DNA of 64,000 nt from Thermoanaerobaculia bacterium (lineage in GTDB: Bacteria > Acidobacteriota > Thermoanaerobaculia > Multivoradales > Multivoraceae). Position numbers and translations under genes: made by a program. Below are positions 25,663 to 37,355 of this stretch, in pieces; the first letter of the stretch is position 1; every line of letters begins with the position of its first letter. The notes under the pieces are model-generated. The model did no database searches and had not been told where the DNA came from. It saw nothing but the letters and a program-made list of their open reading frames with translations. The DNA lies in the NCBI GenBank assembly GCA_963666565.1, contig OY762911.1, positions 64,001-128,000 on the forward strand. Reading direction: 5' to 3'.

Positions 25663-27299
25663 GACACCTTCAGCACAACGCTCCCACACTGGGTGCGCCG
25701 GCGTCCCCGCCGGCCGCCGCCGCAGGCGGCCAAAGAAACGCGCCGACCACAGGCCGGCGGCTCCTTGCGACGCAAGCGCTGCTCCTCGCCGCCCTCGCCC
25801 TCGCAGCCGCGTCCCTCTCCGCCCAAACCGTCGACGAGCGGCTCGACGGCTTCGACCCGTGGGTCGAATCGATCATGCAGGAGTGGAAGGTGCCCGGCCT
25901 CGGCGTGGCGATCGTCGAGGACGGCAAGACGGTGTTCGCCAAGGGCTACGGCTGGCGCAACGTGGAGGAGAAGCTGCCCGTGACTCCCGACACGCTGTTC
26001 GCGATCGGCTCGAACACGAAGTCGTTCACGGCCACCCTGCTGGCGATGCAGGTGGACGACGGCGCCCTCGCCTGGGACGATCCGATCCGGACGGTGCTTC
26101 CCGAGTTCCGGCTCCACGACCCGGCGGCGACGGACGAGATGACCGCCGTCGACCTGCTGAGCCACCGCTCGGGCCTGCCGCGTCACGACCTGTACTGGTA
26201 CGCCACGGGCCGGAACCGCTCGGAGCTGCTGGCGGGCCTTCACCACCTGGAGCCCTCCGCCTCCTTCCGGAGCAGGTACCAGTACCAGAACCTCATGTTC
26301 ATGACCGCCGGCATCGTCTCCGAGCGGATCGGCGGCAAGTCCTGGGAGGAACTCGTCCAGGACCGCGTCCTCACTCCGCTCGGCATCGAACGGGCCACCT
26401 TCTCGGTGATCCGGATGCAGGAGGACGACGACTTCTCCTACGGCTACGGCGCGGACGAGGAGATCGAGCGGGTGCCCTTCCGCAACATCGACGCGATCGG
26501 GCCGGCCGGATCGATCAACATGTCCGCCCGCGACCTCGCCGCCTACGTGCGATTCCACCTCGCCCACGGCAAGGTCGGCGACAAGCAGATCCTGGAGGAA
26601 GACTCGGCCAGGCTCATGCAGTTGCCCCAGATGGTGCTGACCGGCCCGCTCCAGCAGCGCCTGCAGAACGGCCCGGAGATCGGCGATCCCACCTACGGGC
26701 TCGGCCTCATGGTGAGCAGCTACCGGGGCCGCAAGCACGTCAGCCACGGCGGCGGCATCGACGGCTTCATCTCGGCGATGGAATGGCTGCCCGACGAGAA
26801 GATCGGCGTCATCGCACTCTCCAACACGTCGCAGACCGGAACGGTGCCGGCGCTCGTCGTGCGCAACGCGTTCGACCGCATGCTGGGGCTCGAGCCGATC
26901 GACTGGGCGGGCCGGGCCCGCAAGCGCGAAGCCGAAGCGAGGGAGAAGACCGAGGAAGCAAAGAAGAAGGACCTCGCCGCAGCGGTGCCGGACACGAGCC
27001 CCTCCCACCCGCTCGCGGACCACGCCGGCGAGTACGAGCACGAGGGCTACGGCAAGGCCTCCGTGCGCGCTGACGGGGACGGCCTGGTCCTTGAGGTCGC
27101 GGGCATCGAGTTCCCGCTCCGGCACTACCACTACGACGTGTGGATGGTCCCCTACGACCTGCCACCTGGTGCGGCCGCGTCAGGCCGCGGCGGCGCCAAG
27201 GTCCGCTTCGACTATGGCAACGACGGGAAGATCGACAGCGTGGCGGTGCCGCTCGAGCCGTCCGTCTCGCCCATCCGCTTCCAGCGCGTCGGCGACTGA
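25659..27299 (+). CDS. Serine hydrolase (class C/PBP-like) with C-terminal DUF3471-like domain
   Basis: SNTK, YQN, HGG motifs; AGEYEHEGYG; ATGA overlap with dipeptidase. Confidence 0.92.
   Translation: MRHLQHNAPTLGAPASPPAAAAGGQRNAPTTGRRLLATQALLLAALALAAASLSAQTVDERLDGFDPWVESIMQEWKVPGLGVAIVEDGKTVFAKGYGWRNVEEKLPVTPDTLFAIGSNTKSFTATLLAMQVDDGALAWDDPIRTVLPEFRLHDPAATDEMTAVDLLSHRSGLPRHDLYWYATGRNRSELLAGLHHLEPSASFRSRYQYQNLMFMTAGIVSERIGGKSWEELVQDRVLTPLGIERATFSVIRMQEDDDFSYGYGADEEIERVPFRNIDAIGPAGSINMSARDLAAYVRFHLAHGKVGDKQILEEDSARLMQLPQMVLTGPLQQRLQNGPEIGDPTYGLGLMVSSYRGRKHVSHGGGIDGFISAMEWLPDEKIGVIALSNTSQTGTVPALVVRNAFDRMLGLEPIDWAGRARKREAEAREKTEEAKKKDLAAAVPDTSPSHPLADHAGEYEHEGYGKASVRADGDGLVLEVAGIEFPLRHYHYDVWMVPYDLPPGAAASGRGGAKVRFDYGNDGKIDSVAVPLEPSVSPIRFQRVGD
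25689..25714 (-). repeat. REP-like family B copy inside 5' coding region
   Basis: ctgggtgcgccggcgtccccgccggc. Confidence 0.75.
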
Positions 27300-27391
27300 C
27301 GCCCGGGAACTTCGCTGCGCGGGGCGGCCGCGAGCCCCTTCGGCGCTCCCGAACCGTCGCCCAGGTCGCCGCCCACACGCAAGACGACGCC

Positions 27392-28579
27392 ATGCAAAGC
27401 CAGCCGCCAACCCGCTTCCACACCCTGCTTCTGCCGGCGATCATCGCGCAGTCGATGATCATCGGCGGCGGCTACGCGACGGGGCGGGAGGTCGTCGAGT
27501 ACGCCGGCCGCTTCGGGAACCGGGGCTGGCTGTCGGTCGCGATCATCGCCGTCTGTTTCTCGATCGTCATGGCGCTGGCCTTCGAGCTGGCGCGGCTGGC
27601 CGGAGCGTACGACTACAAGGCCTGGAGCCGGAACCTGGTCGGGCCGTTCTGGTGGCTCGTCGATCTCCTCTTCCTGAGCATGATGCTGCTGGTCATCGCG
27701 GTCATGACGGCGGCCATCGGCGAAGTCCTCCAGCAGACCCTGGCGTTCCCGAAGCCGCTCAGCCTGGTTCTGGCCCTGGCGTGCGTCGGCTTCCTCACCT
27801 GGCGCGGGTCCGGCTTCATCGAGCGGGCGAAGACCTGGGGCAGCGCCGCCCTGTACCTGGGGTACTGCGCCTTCTCCGTGCTGGTGCTGACGACGCCGGC
27901 CGGAGACGGCGGCGCGACATCGGTCGGGGACGCTGCCGCGACAGCGGTCGGCAACGCGGTCGCGCAGCCGCAGGTCGGCACCGAAGCAGGTCTGGCGGAG
28001 GTCGTCGTCGCCGCGATCCTGTACGTCGCCTACAACGTCGCCGTCGTGCCGGCCGTCCTCTTCTGCCTCCACCGCCAGACCCGGCGCAGCGAGACCTTCG
28101 CGTCCGGGATCCTCTCCGGTCTGGCGATGACGATTCCGTTCGCCCTGACCCTGGCCTGCCTCCTGCGGTTCCCCCACGCCGCCGTGATGGAGGCGGAGGT
28201 GCCCTGGCTGCGACTGATCGGCACCGCCGCCGACGGACGCGCCGGCGGCGCGGCCCTCTGGATCGCTCTCTTCGGGCTCGTCGCCGGCTGGACGCTGATC
28301 GAGACCGCCGTCGGCTCGATTCACGCGCTCCTCCATCGCGTCGAACGCAACCTGGGCGACCTGCCGCGCCGCTGGAGGCCCGCCTCCGGCGCGCTCACGC
28401 CGAGGCAGAAGGCGCTGACCGCCGTCCTCGTCCTCGCGGCCGCGGCCGGTCTCTCCACCATCGGCATCATCGACCTCGTCGCCAGGGGCTACGGCACCCT
28501 CGCCTGGGGCTTCATCGCCCTGATCGTGCTGCCGCTCTTCGTTGTCGTGCCGTACCGGGCGTTCAAGGCATCAGCCTGA
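27392..28579 (+). CDS. YkvI-like membrane protein (APC-fold permease)
   Basis: IIGGGYATGREVVEY motif; about 10-11 TM helices. Confidence 0.85.
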   Translation: MQSQPPTRFHTLLLPAIIAQSMIIGGGYATGREVVEYAGRFGNRGWLSVAIIAVCFSIVMALAFELARLAGAYDYKAWSRNLVGPFWWLVDLLFLSMMLLVIAVMTAAIGEVLQQTLAFPKPLSLVLALACVGFLTWRGSGFIERAKTWGSAALYLGYCAFSVLVLTTPAGDGGATSVGDAAATAVGNAVAQPQVGTEAGLAEVVVAAILYVAYNVAVVPAVLFCLHRQTRRSETFASGILSGLAMTIPFALTLACLLRFPHAAVMEAEVPWLRLIGTAADGRAGGAALWIALFGLVAGWTLIETAVGSIHALLHRVERNLGDLPRRWRPASGALTPRQKALTAVLVLAAAAGLSTIGIIDLVARGYGTLAWGFIALIVLPLFVVVPYRAFKASA

Positions 28580-28587
28580 GCCCCATA

Positions 28588-28675
28588 CTGGGTGCTGCGC
28601 CGGAACCACGGCCGGCCCACACTGGATGCGCCGGCGTCCCCGCCGGCATCCGGCGCGTAGCGCCGGCTTCTGGGC
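28588..28675 (-). repeat. REP-like family B element between convergent genes
   Basis: ctggatgcgccggcgtccccgccggcatccggcgcgtagcgccggc plus partial copy at 28588. Confidence 0.75.
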
Positions 28676-28686
28676 TTCCGCGCCGC

Positions 28687-29430
28687 CTAGCGGATGGACT
28701 GGACGAACACGCTGGTCGTTCTTTCGAGCCCCTCCCCAAGAGCGGCCATGACCGCCGCGTAGAACCCCGCGATGCCGAGTCCCTTCCACTTCGACACTCG
28801 AGCCACTACCCCGATGCCCAGCCCGAGCAGAATCAACGTCCAAAGGGAGACGGCAATGCTGGCGGCCCCTTCGAGCAGCGCCCCGACGGTCGTGTGAAGT
28901 GCAGGATTGGAGAAATCGAGTTCGAATCCCGAAGACGCCTCGGGTAGCTCAAGCGCCCGACGGCCCTTCGACAGCAAGTAGCTGAAGAGGTCGCCCAGGC
29001 GACCGACCACATAGACGTGGACCATCAGAGAGAACAGCGTCAGGAAAGGCAGTTTGGCTCCGAAGGCGAGTGACAGTCGCCAGACCAGTAGAGCCTCGAT
29101 CGGCAGCGCAATCAGTACGGCCGCGGCCATAGCCGTGCTGGGTCCGTAGAGGTTTACGGCTGGCTCCCCGCCTCCCATGATGGCGGCAAGCTCCCGTTGC
29201 CCAAGCACGGTCCTCAGGGCGAGGACCGCCAGGATCACCGCGAGGGCTGCAACCCATGGCCGGCGCTCGCGGATGATCTCGAAGCTGGTCCGCGGAAACG
29301 CGACGATCCCGACGAGGGCTTTCAGCCCGGCAAAGCCACCGATCACAGCCCCCGTGCCCGGAGTGGGCGCTTCGTCTGCCTCGGTCCCGGTCGAGGGACC
29401 TGCATTGCCTAGCTTCTGATCCTCGACCAT
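28687..29430 (-). CDS. YIP1-family membrane protein
   Basis: FP..SFE.I..RRPW N-terminal motif, about 5 TM helices, LW...LLGLGI. Confidence 0.75.
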   Translation of the reverse strand: MVEDQKLGNAGPSTGTEADEAPTPGTGAVIGGFAGLKALVGIVAFPRTSFEIIRERRPWVAALAVILAVLALRTVLGQRELAAIMGGGEPAVNLYGPSTAMAAAVLIALPIEALLVWRLSLAFGAKLPFLTLFSLMVHVYVVGRLGDLFSYLLSKGRRALELPEASSGFELDFSNPALHTTVGALLEGAASIAVSLWTLILLGLGIGVVARVSKWKGLGIAGFYAAVMAALGEGLERTTSVFVQSIR

Positions 29431-29444
29431 CGCGAGGTCCCAGA

Positions 29445-30413
29445 CTAGAACAGGTTCGCCCGCGGCGTGTACACCTCTTCGAGCCGCTTCTTCTCCTCGG
29501 CGGTCAGCTCGACGTCGAGCGACGACACTGCCTCATCGAGGTGGCTCGTCTTCGTGACGCCGATGATCGGCGACGCGACGACGGGATTGGCCAGGACCCA
29601 GGCCATCGCGACCTGGGCCCGGGACACGCCCTTGTCCCGCGCCACCTCGCCCAGCCGATCAACGATCGGCCGGTCCTTCGCCTCGTCGAAACGTCTCGCC
29701 ATCATCGGGTCGCTCTGCGACCGGCGCGTGGTCTCGTCCCAGTCGCGGGTCAGCAGCCCCCGGCCCAGCGGGCTCCACGGGATCGTCCCGATGCCCTGAT
29801 CGGCGCAGAGCGGGTGCATCTCGCGTTCCTCTTCGCGCTGGAGGAGGCTGTACTGGTTCTGCATGCTGACGAACTTCGTGAAGCCGCAGAGTTCACTGGT
29901 GTAGAGCGCCTTGCTGAACTGCCAGGCCCACATCGACGAGGCGCCGATGTAGCGGACCTTGCCGGACGTCACCGCGTCGTGCAGCGCGCCGAGCGTCTCG
30001 TCTATCGATGTCCGGTCGTCCCAGCGGTGAATCTGGTACAGGTCGATGTAATCGGTTCCCAGACGGCGCAGCGACGCATTGAGCTCGGTCATGATCGCCT
30101 TGCGCGAGAGCCCCCGCGCGTTGCGCCCGCGGCGAACCGGGAAGTAGACCTTGGTCGCAATGACCACCTCGTCGCGGTTCGCCATGTCCCGCAACGCCCT
30201 GCCCGTGATCTCCTCGCTCGAGCCGATCGAGTAGGCGTTCGCCGTGTCGAAGAAGTTGATGCCCAGATCGAGCGCCTTCTCGATGATCGGGCGGCTGGCG
30301 GCTTCGTCCAGGCTCCAGTCGTGAGCCCCCGGCGACTCTTCGCCGAAGCTCATGCATCCGAGACAGATCCGGGACACTTCGAGACCGGAACTGCCCAACT
30401 TCGTGTACTTCAT
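29445..30413 (-). CDS. Aldo/keto reductase
   Basis: LG.SGLEVSRICLGCM, FDTANAY, IATKV, IDLYQIHRWD, PWSPL. Confidence 0.95.
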   Translation of the reverse strand: MKYTKLGSSGLEVSRICLGCMSFGEESPGAHDWSLDEAASRPIIEKALDLGINFFDTANAYSIGSSEEITGRALRDMANRDEVVIATKVYFPVRRGRNARGLSRKAIMTELNASLRRLGTDYIDLYQIHRWDDRTSIDETLGALHDAVTSGKVRYIGASSMWAWQFSKALYTSELCGFTKFVSMQNQYSLLQREEEREMHPLCADQGIGTIPWSPLGRGLLTRDWDETTRRSQSDPMMARRFDEAKDRPIVDRLGEVARDKGVSRAQVAMAWVLANPVVASPIIGVTKTSHLDEAVSSLDVELTAEEKKRLEEVYTPRANLF

Positions 30414-30456
30414 TCCAGGTTCCTCCAAAAGGCCCTCGTAGTCGAAGGCCGTATCT

Positions 30457-31257
30457 TCAGGCCTCCGGCTGACCGGAGTCCAGACTCGCCCTCACCAGCG
30501 GCGCCTCGACATCGAACTCCCTGGCGACGTCCAGGCAGAGGGACAGGTCCTTGACCGGCATCGCCGGCCAGGTCACGCGTCGCCGGGGCATCGGGAAGTT
30601 CTTCGAGACGAAGCTCCGACCCGTCGACACGTTCAGGATCTCCATGAACCGGTCCAGGTCCATGCCGTAGGCGCCGACGACCTCGCGCACCTCCCGGACG
30701 AGCGCCCAGGTGCCGAGCGCGATCGCGTTGTTGCCGATCTTCATCGCCTGACCGGCGCCAATGTCGCCGCAGTGCATCGTCGTGCCGAGCACGTCGAAGG
30801 CCTCACGGCACCGGTCGATCGTGGCCGCGTCGCCTCCGGCCATCAGCGTGAGCGTGCCCTCCCTGGCGCCGGCCACGAGCCCGCTGACCGGGCAGTCGAT
30901 CACGTCCACCCGTTGAGATGCCACCTCTCTCGCGAGTGCCTGGCAGTAGACCGGCGACATTGTGCTCATGACCACGACGATCGCGCCCTCACGCAGAGTG
31001 CTCAACGCTCCGTCTTCGCCGCACAGCACGCGGTCGGTCTGCTCTTCGTCCCAGACAATCGTCATCAGGATGTCGGCACGCTCGCCGGCTTCGCGCGGCG
31101 TCCCAAGCTCTTCGATCCCCTTCGCCGCAAGGCGTTCAATGGCCTCGCGGCTGCGGTTGATCGAGCTGACGACCCGAAAGCCGGCATCGAGCAGGCGTCC
31201 CGCCATCGGTTCGCCCATGGCGCCAAGTCCGATGAAACCGATCGTGGGTCGTGGCAT
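30457..31257 (-). CDS. NAD(P)-dependent oxidoreductase, 3-hydroxyisobutyrate dehydrogenase family
   Basis: GFIGLGAMG, DCPVSG, GTLTLMAGG, K..NN. Confidence 0.93.
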   Translation of the reverse strand: MPRPTIGFIGLGAMGEPMAGRLLDAGFRVVSSINRSREAIERLAAKGIEELGTPREAGERADILMTIVWDEEQTDRVLCGEDGALSTLREGAIVVVMSTMSPVYCQALAREVASQRVDVIDCPVSGLVAGAREGTLTLMAGGDAATIDRCREAFDVLGTTMHCGDIGAGQAMKIGNNAIALGTWALVREVREVVGAYGMDLDRFMEILNVSTGRSFVSKNFPMPRRRVTWPAMPVKDLSLCLDVAREFDVEAPLVRASLDSGQPEA

Positions 31258-31281
31258 GGTAAAGGCCCTCCCTTTTACTTA

Positions 31282-31300
31282 TTGGACGCTTTTCGTCTAA
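31282..31300. promoter_or_regulatory. Candidate TetR operator (imperfect palindrome)
   Basis: TTGGACG-cttt-tCGTCTAA in the short AT-rich divergent gap next to tetR. Confidence 0.45.
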
Positions 31301-31301
31301 A

Positions 31302-31880
31302 GTGTACATCGTGCCTCAAGCCGATGCCAGCGACTACGAGACCGCCGCGCAAGTGCTCGCCGAGTTCGCGAGCACGGGTTACGCGAAGACGTCGATGACC
31401 TCCCTGGCCGAAGCGGCTGGCGTCGCGCGGCAGACGATCTACAACCGTTTCGGGCGCAAGGAGGCAGTGCTCGAATGGGCGATAGGCGCCGTTGTCCGTT
31501 CGCTGCGGGCAGACGCGTTTGCCTGTCTCGCCGACCCGGACAGACCGACGGAGCAGGCCCTGCTCGACGCCTTCTGCTGCTGGCTGGGACCGGTCGTGAG
31601 GTTCGTTCGCGACGGTCGCTACGGCGAGGAGATCCTCGGGCTCGGCAACGCCGCGAGGCGACGCACGGGCTCGTACCCCCTCGACGCCTTCACTTCCGAG
31701 GTCACCGGCGCGCTGCTGACGCGACGAGTCCGCCAGCAACGTCGGGAGGCCGCCGACCTGGCGTTCGTCCTTGTCATGGCGGCCAAGGGGCTTCTCGCCG
31801 ACAGCGAGACCGAAGTCGACTTCCGAACCGGTATGGCGCGCGCCCTTCGCGGGGCCGGAATCAACAGTTCGTCCGACTGA
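31302..31880 (+). CDS. TetR/AcrR-family regulator
   Basis: F...GY..TSM..LAEAAGVARQTIYNRFGRKE. Confidence 0.92.
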   Translation: MYIVPQADASDYETAAQVLAEFASTGYAKTSMTSLAEAAGVARQTIYNRFGRKEAVLEWAIGAVVRSLRADAFACLADPDRPTEQALLDAFCCWLGPVVRFVRDGRYGEEILGLGNAARRRTGSYPLDAFTSEVTGALLTRRVRQQRREAADLAFVLVMAAKGLLADSETEVDFRTGMARALRGAGINSSSD

Positions 31881-31915
31881 ATCAGCAATCAAACCCCTAA
31901 GGGAGATCCAGATAG

Positions 31916-32752
31916 ATGACAGACCGCACCGTACTCATCACCGGCTGCTCGAGCGGCTTCGGCAAGCTGGCAGTCCACACCTTCCGAGCCAACAGCTGGA
32001 ACGTCGTGGCCACGATGCGATCGCCGGAGAAGGAAGCGGAGCTCACGGGCCTCGAAGGCGTCCTGGTTACGAGGCTCGACGTCAAGGATCCGCGGAGCAT
32101 CGACGCCGCCTTCGAGCAGGGCACCGCCGCGTTCGGCCCGATCGACGCGGTCGTCAATAACGCCGGCTACGGCAGCAACGCGCTCTTCGAGCAGTCGCCC
32201 GATGCCTCCGTCCGCGACATCTACGAGACGAACGTGTTCGGCCTGATGAACGTGATGCGCCGCGCCCTGCCCGACATGCGGAAACGGGGCTCCGGCTGCA
32301 TCGTCAACGTGACGTCGATGGGGGGCCTGATGGGCCTGCTCGGCAACTCCGTCTACTCCTCGTCGAAGTTCGCCGCCGAGGGACTCACCGAGGCGCTCGC
32401 GCTCGAGTACAAACCGCTCGGCATCCGCGTCGTTTCCGTCGCGCCCGGGGCCTACCTCACCACCGCGTTCGGCTCCAATACGGACAACTACGTCGAGTCC
32501 GGCGACTCCCAACTCGTCGAGCACTCGCGGATGCTCCGCGACCACTTCGCCGCGATCGTCTCAGGCGGCGAACCGCAGGACCCGCAGGAGGTGGCGGACA
32601 AGATCTACGAGTGCGTGACCGCGGACGACGTCCCTGTGCATAACCCCGTCGGCGCCGACGCGGAGCGGCTCAGCGGTCTGATCGACAGCCTGCCGTCACG
32701 CCAGGCGTTCGTCGCCGCAATGGAGCAGATGCTGCTGCCGCCTGCCGGCTAG
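31916..32752 (+). CDS. SDR-family oxidoreductase
   Basis: TGCSSGFG, NNAG, YSSSK. Confidence 0.93.
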   Translation: MTDRTVLITGCSSGFGKLAVHTFRANSWNVVATMRSPEKEAELTGLEGVLVTRLDVKDPRSIDAAFEQGTAAFGPIDAVVNNAGYGSNALFEQSPDASVRDIYETNVFGLMNVMRRALPDMRKRGSGCIVNVTSMGGLMGLLGNSVYSSSKFAAEGLTEALALEYKPLGIRVVSVAPGAYLTTAFGSNTDNYVESGDSQLVEHSRMLRDHFAAIVSGGEPQDPQEVADKIYECVTADDVPVHNPVGADAERLSGLIDSLPSRQAFVAAMEQMLLPPAG

Positions 32753-32800
32753 GAGGCTGCGCCGAAGAACGCTGCGAAGCGAGTTCTGCGGCGCAGCCTC
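32753..32800. terminator. Long GC hairpin between convergent SDR and katG
   Basis: gaggctgcgccg...cggcgcagcctc stem; no clear U-tract. Confidence 0.5.
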
Positions 32801-32854
32801 GTAGTGAGGTGGGGGCTGGGGCCAAACACGGAGTCAGCGACGGGTTTGGCGGCT

Positions 32855-35089
<2,235 letters not shown>

Positions 35090-35289
35090 TCAGCGTCTGC
35101 TGCTGACCGCTGTATACAAGGATCCGGAGGCGTTGAGAAGTCCCTCGGAGCGGGCCGCCCGAGAACGCCGATCGTAGCGCGGCCGCAAGGCGGCCGTACG
35201 GCCGGCGCGTGCTCCTGGCCGCATTCGGCGGCAGCGGAAGACGCACGCGCCGACGCCCGTGCGCTCAGCGCGCGGCCCGGACGACCGAG

Positions 35290-36708
35290 TCAGTCGAGGA
35301 TCGCCTCGCGGATAGCGTTCTCGAAGCCTGCCGACACGTCCTTGCTGCCCTGCTGGACCATCAGCACGGCCGTGATCTCGTTCGCCGGGTCGGTCCAGGA
35401 CACGGTTCCGAAGGCACCGCCCCAGCCGAAGGCGCCCTTGCCGCGTGCGCTCTTCCCGGCCACCGGGTCGAGCACGACGGACACGGCGTAGCCGAAGCCC
35501 GACCCGGGCTGCTTGCCTCCCTGTCCGAAGAGCTCGCCGACCTGGTTGCTGGACATCCGGGCGACCGAGTCCCGGTTCAGCAGACGGTTCCCGAACAGGG
35601 CGCCGCCGCCGGCGAGCATCTGCTCGAAGCGAAGGAAGTCCTCGGCGGTGCTGGAGAGCCCGCCGGAGGCCGAGGCGTAGCGGCTCGGCTTGTCCCAACC
35701 CTTCGACTTGCCGTCGAGGCCGTGGATCACGACCCGTCTGGACTCCTTCTCCGGCGGCAGGAAGAAGTGGGTGTCGGCCATGCCCAGCGGCTCGAAGATC
35801 CGCCGGCGAAGGAACTCGTCGTAGGACTCGCCCGACACGATCTCGACGATGCGAGCGACCACGTCGTGTCCGATGCGCGGGCTGTAGCCCCACCGCGAGC
35901 CCGGTTGAAAGTCGAGCGGCAGGGCGGCGTACAGCGGCACGCGGCTCGCCAGGGTGTCGTCCGGGCCGACGTTCGGCAGCTTCGCGACCGCCGTGCCCAG
36001 TCCGTAGCTGCCCAGCCCGGCGGTGTGGGTCAGCAGGTCGTGGATCGTGATCGGCCGCTCGGCCGGAACCAGGCGGTGCGCGGGCGCCTCGCCCGGCACC
36101 ACGAACGCGGGAACGATGTCCTCGTCAGCCGGTTCCTTGAGCACGGCGACCCGCATGTCGCTGAACTCGGGCAGGTACTTCGCGATCTCGTCGGCCGGGT
36201 CGAAGAGGCCGTCCTCGATCATCATCATCGCCGCCACCCCGAGCACCGGCTTCGACGAGGAGGCCATGCGGAAGATCGCGTCCTTCTCCATCGGTAGACC
36301 GCTATCTGTGTCCATCAGGCCGTACGCCTCGAAGTGGACCACCTTCCCGCGGCGGGCCACGACCGTCACCGCGCCCTGGATCTCGCCCGACTCGATATGG
36401 CGGTTCATGACGGCATCGATCTCGAGCAGGCGCTCGCTCGACATGCCGACGTCTTCCGGGGCGGCCGTGGGAATCTCCTGGGCCGGAAGCGCCGTCGCGG
36501 CAATCGCGATCGAGAACGCCGCCAACAGCACAATCGCAGGGAACAGGTTCGTGCTCGCTGCTTCGCAGCATCGCGCTCGATGCGGACCAGAAGGTCCGCG
36601 CACCCAGAGAGCGGGCGTCGAGCGGCGACACTCTCTACGGCGATACGACTGTTCCATGCCTGCGCGTGTGCGGCGCTGATTCCCGAGAGACTCCTTTGTT
36701 TCGCTCAT
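35290..36708 (-). CDS. Serine hydrolase, beta-lactamase/EstB-like family (start uncertain)
   Basis: FRMASSSK, LLTHTAG, WGYS, FGWGGAFGT. Confidence 0.88.
   Translation of the reverse strand: MSETKESLGNQRRTRAGMEQSYRRRECRRSTPALWVRGPSGPHRARCCEAASTNLFPAIVLLAAFSIAIAATALPAQEIPTAAPEDVGMSSERLLEIDAVMNRHIESGEIQGAVTVVARRGKVVHFEAYGLMDTDSGLPMEKDAIFRMASSSKPVLGVAAMMMIEDGLFDPADEIAKYLPEFSDMRVAVLKEPADEDIVPAFVVPGEAPAHRLVPAERPITIHDLLTHTAGLGSYGLGTAVAKLPNVGPDDTLASRVPLYAALPLDFQPGSRWGYSPRIGHDVVARIVEIVSGESYDEFLRRRIFEPLGMADTHFFLPPEKESRRVVIHGLDGKSKGWDKPSRYASASGGLSSTAEDFLRFEQMLAGGGALFGNRLLNRDSVARMSSNQVGELFGQGGKQPGSGFGYAVSVVLDPVAGKSARGKGAFGWGGAFGTVSWTDPANEITAVLMVQQGSKDVSAGFENAIREAILD
36582..36607 (+). repeat. REP-like family A variant with compensatory stem changes
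   Basis: gcggacc-agaa-ggtccgc-gcacccag. Confidence 0.7.
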
Positions 36709-36725
36709 CGCCTTCGACTCCTTTC

Positions 36726-37355
36726 TCAGCCGGCGCCGGCGTCCGCCGGCTCGCTCCCGGACGAAGCCGCCCGGTAGAAATACGAGATCGCTTGGCGCGG
36801 CCGTCCGCTGCGATTCGCTTCCGACCAGTGCACCGTCAGCGAGCTGTGAATCGTGGCGTCGCCCGGCTCGACCTCGACGGCGACCGCCTCCTCGGACTCG
36901 GCGCTGAAGCCCTCCAGGCCGACGACACTCGGCAGTTCCCGCCGGTGCGTGCCCTTCGCGTAGTAGAGACAACCGTTCTCCCGGTCCGCCCGGTCCAGGG
37001 CGATCCACATCGTCGCGCCCTTCTGCCGGTGCCCGACGGCATCGAGATGGGGCCTGATCCCCGACGTCTCTCCCGGGAGGCGGGCGAACCAGGCGGCCGT
37101 CGCGGGCTCGAGGTCGTCCTCCAGCAGCGCGGAGATCAACTCCCTCTGCCTGCCGCGCTGGAGCTGGTCCTCGAACCAGGGATCGATCCCGTTCAGGTTC
37201 TTGACGACGCCCGGGTACGCCTCGCTTCTCTCGAGTCCGGCGAGGCATCGATCAGAGCGGGCTCGCAACTCCTCGACCTCCCCGGCCGACAGAAAACCGC
37301 GCAGGACGACGTAGCCGTCCCGGTCGAAGTCCCGCTTGAGTTGCTCCAGGCTCAT
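36726..37355 (-). CDS. Phytanoyl-CoA dioxygenase (PhyH)-family Fe/2OG enzyme
   Basis: FDRDGYVVLRG, HLD, WIALD..ENGCL, H.S..N.S..PR. Confidence 0.9.
   Translation of the reverse strand: MSLEQLKRDFDRDGYVVLRGFLSAGEVEELRARSDRCLAGLERSEAYPGVVKNLNGIDPWFEDQLQRGRQRELISALLEDDLEPATAAWFARLPGETSGIRPHLDAVGHRQKGATMWIALDRADRENGCLYYAKGTHRRELPSVVGLEGFSAESEEAVAVEVEPGDATIHSSLTVHWSEANRSGRPRQAISYFYRAASSGSEPADAGAG

Noticed and set aside
35100-35285. Riboswitch or sRNA upstream of katG
   Set aside because: Only GC-rich hairpins; no recognisable conserved RNA motif
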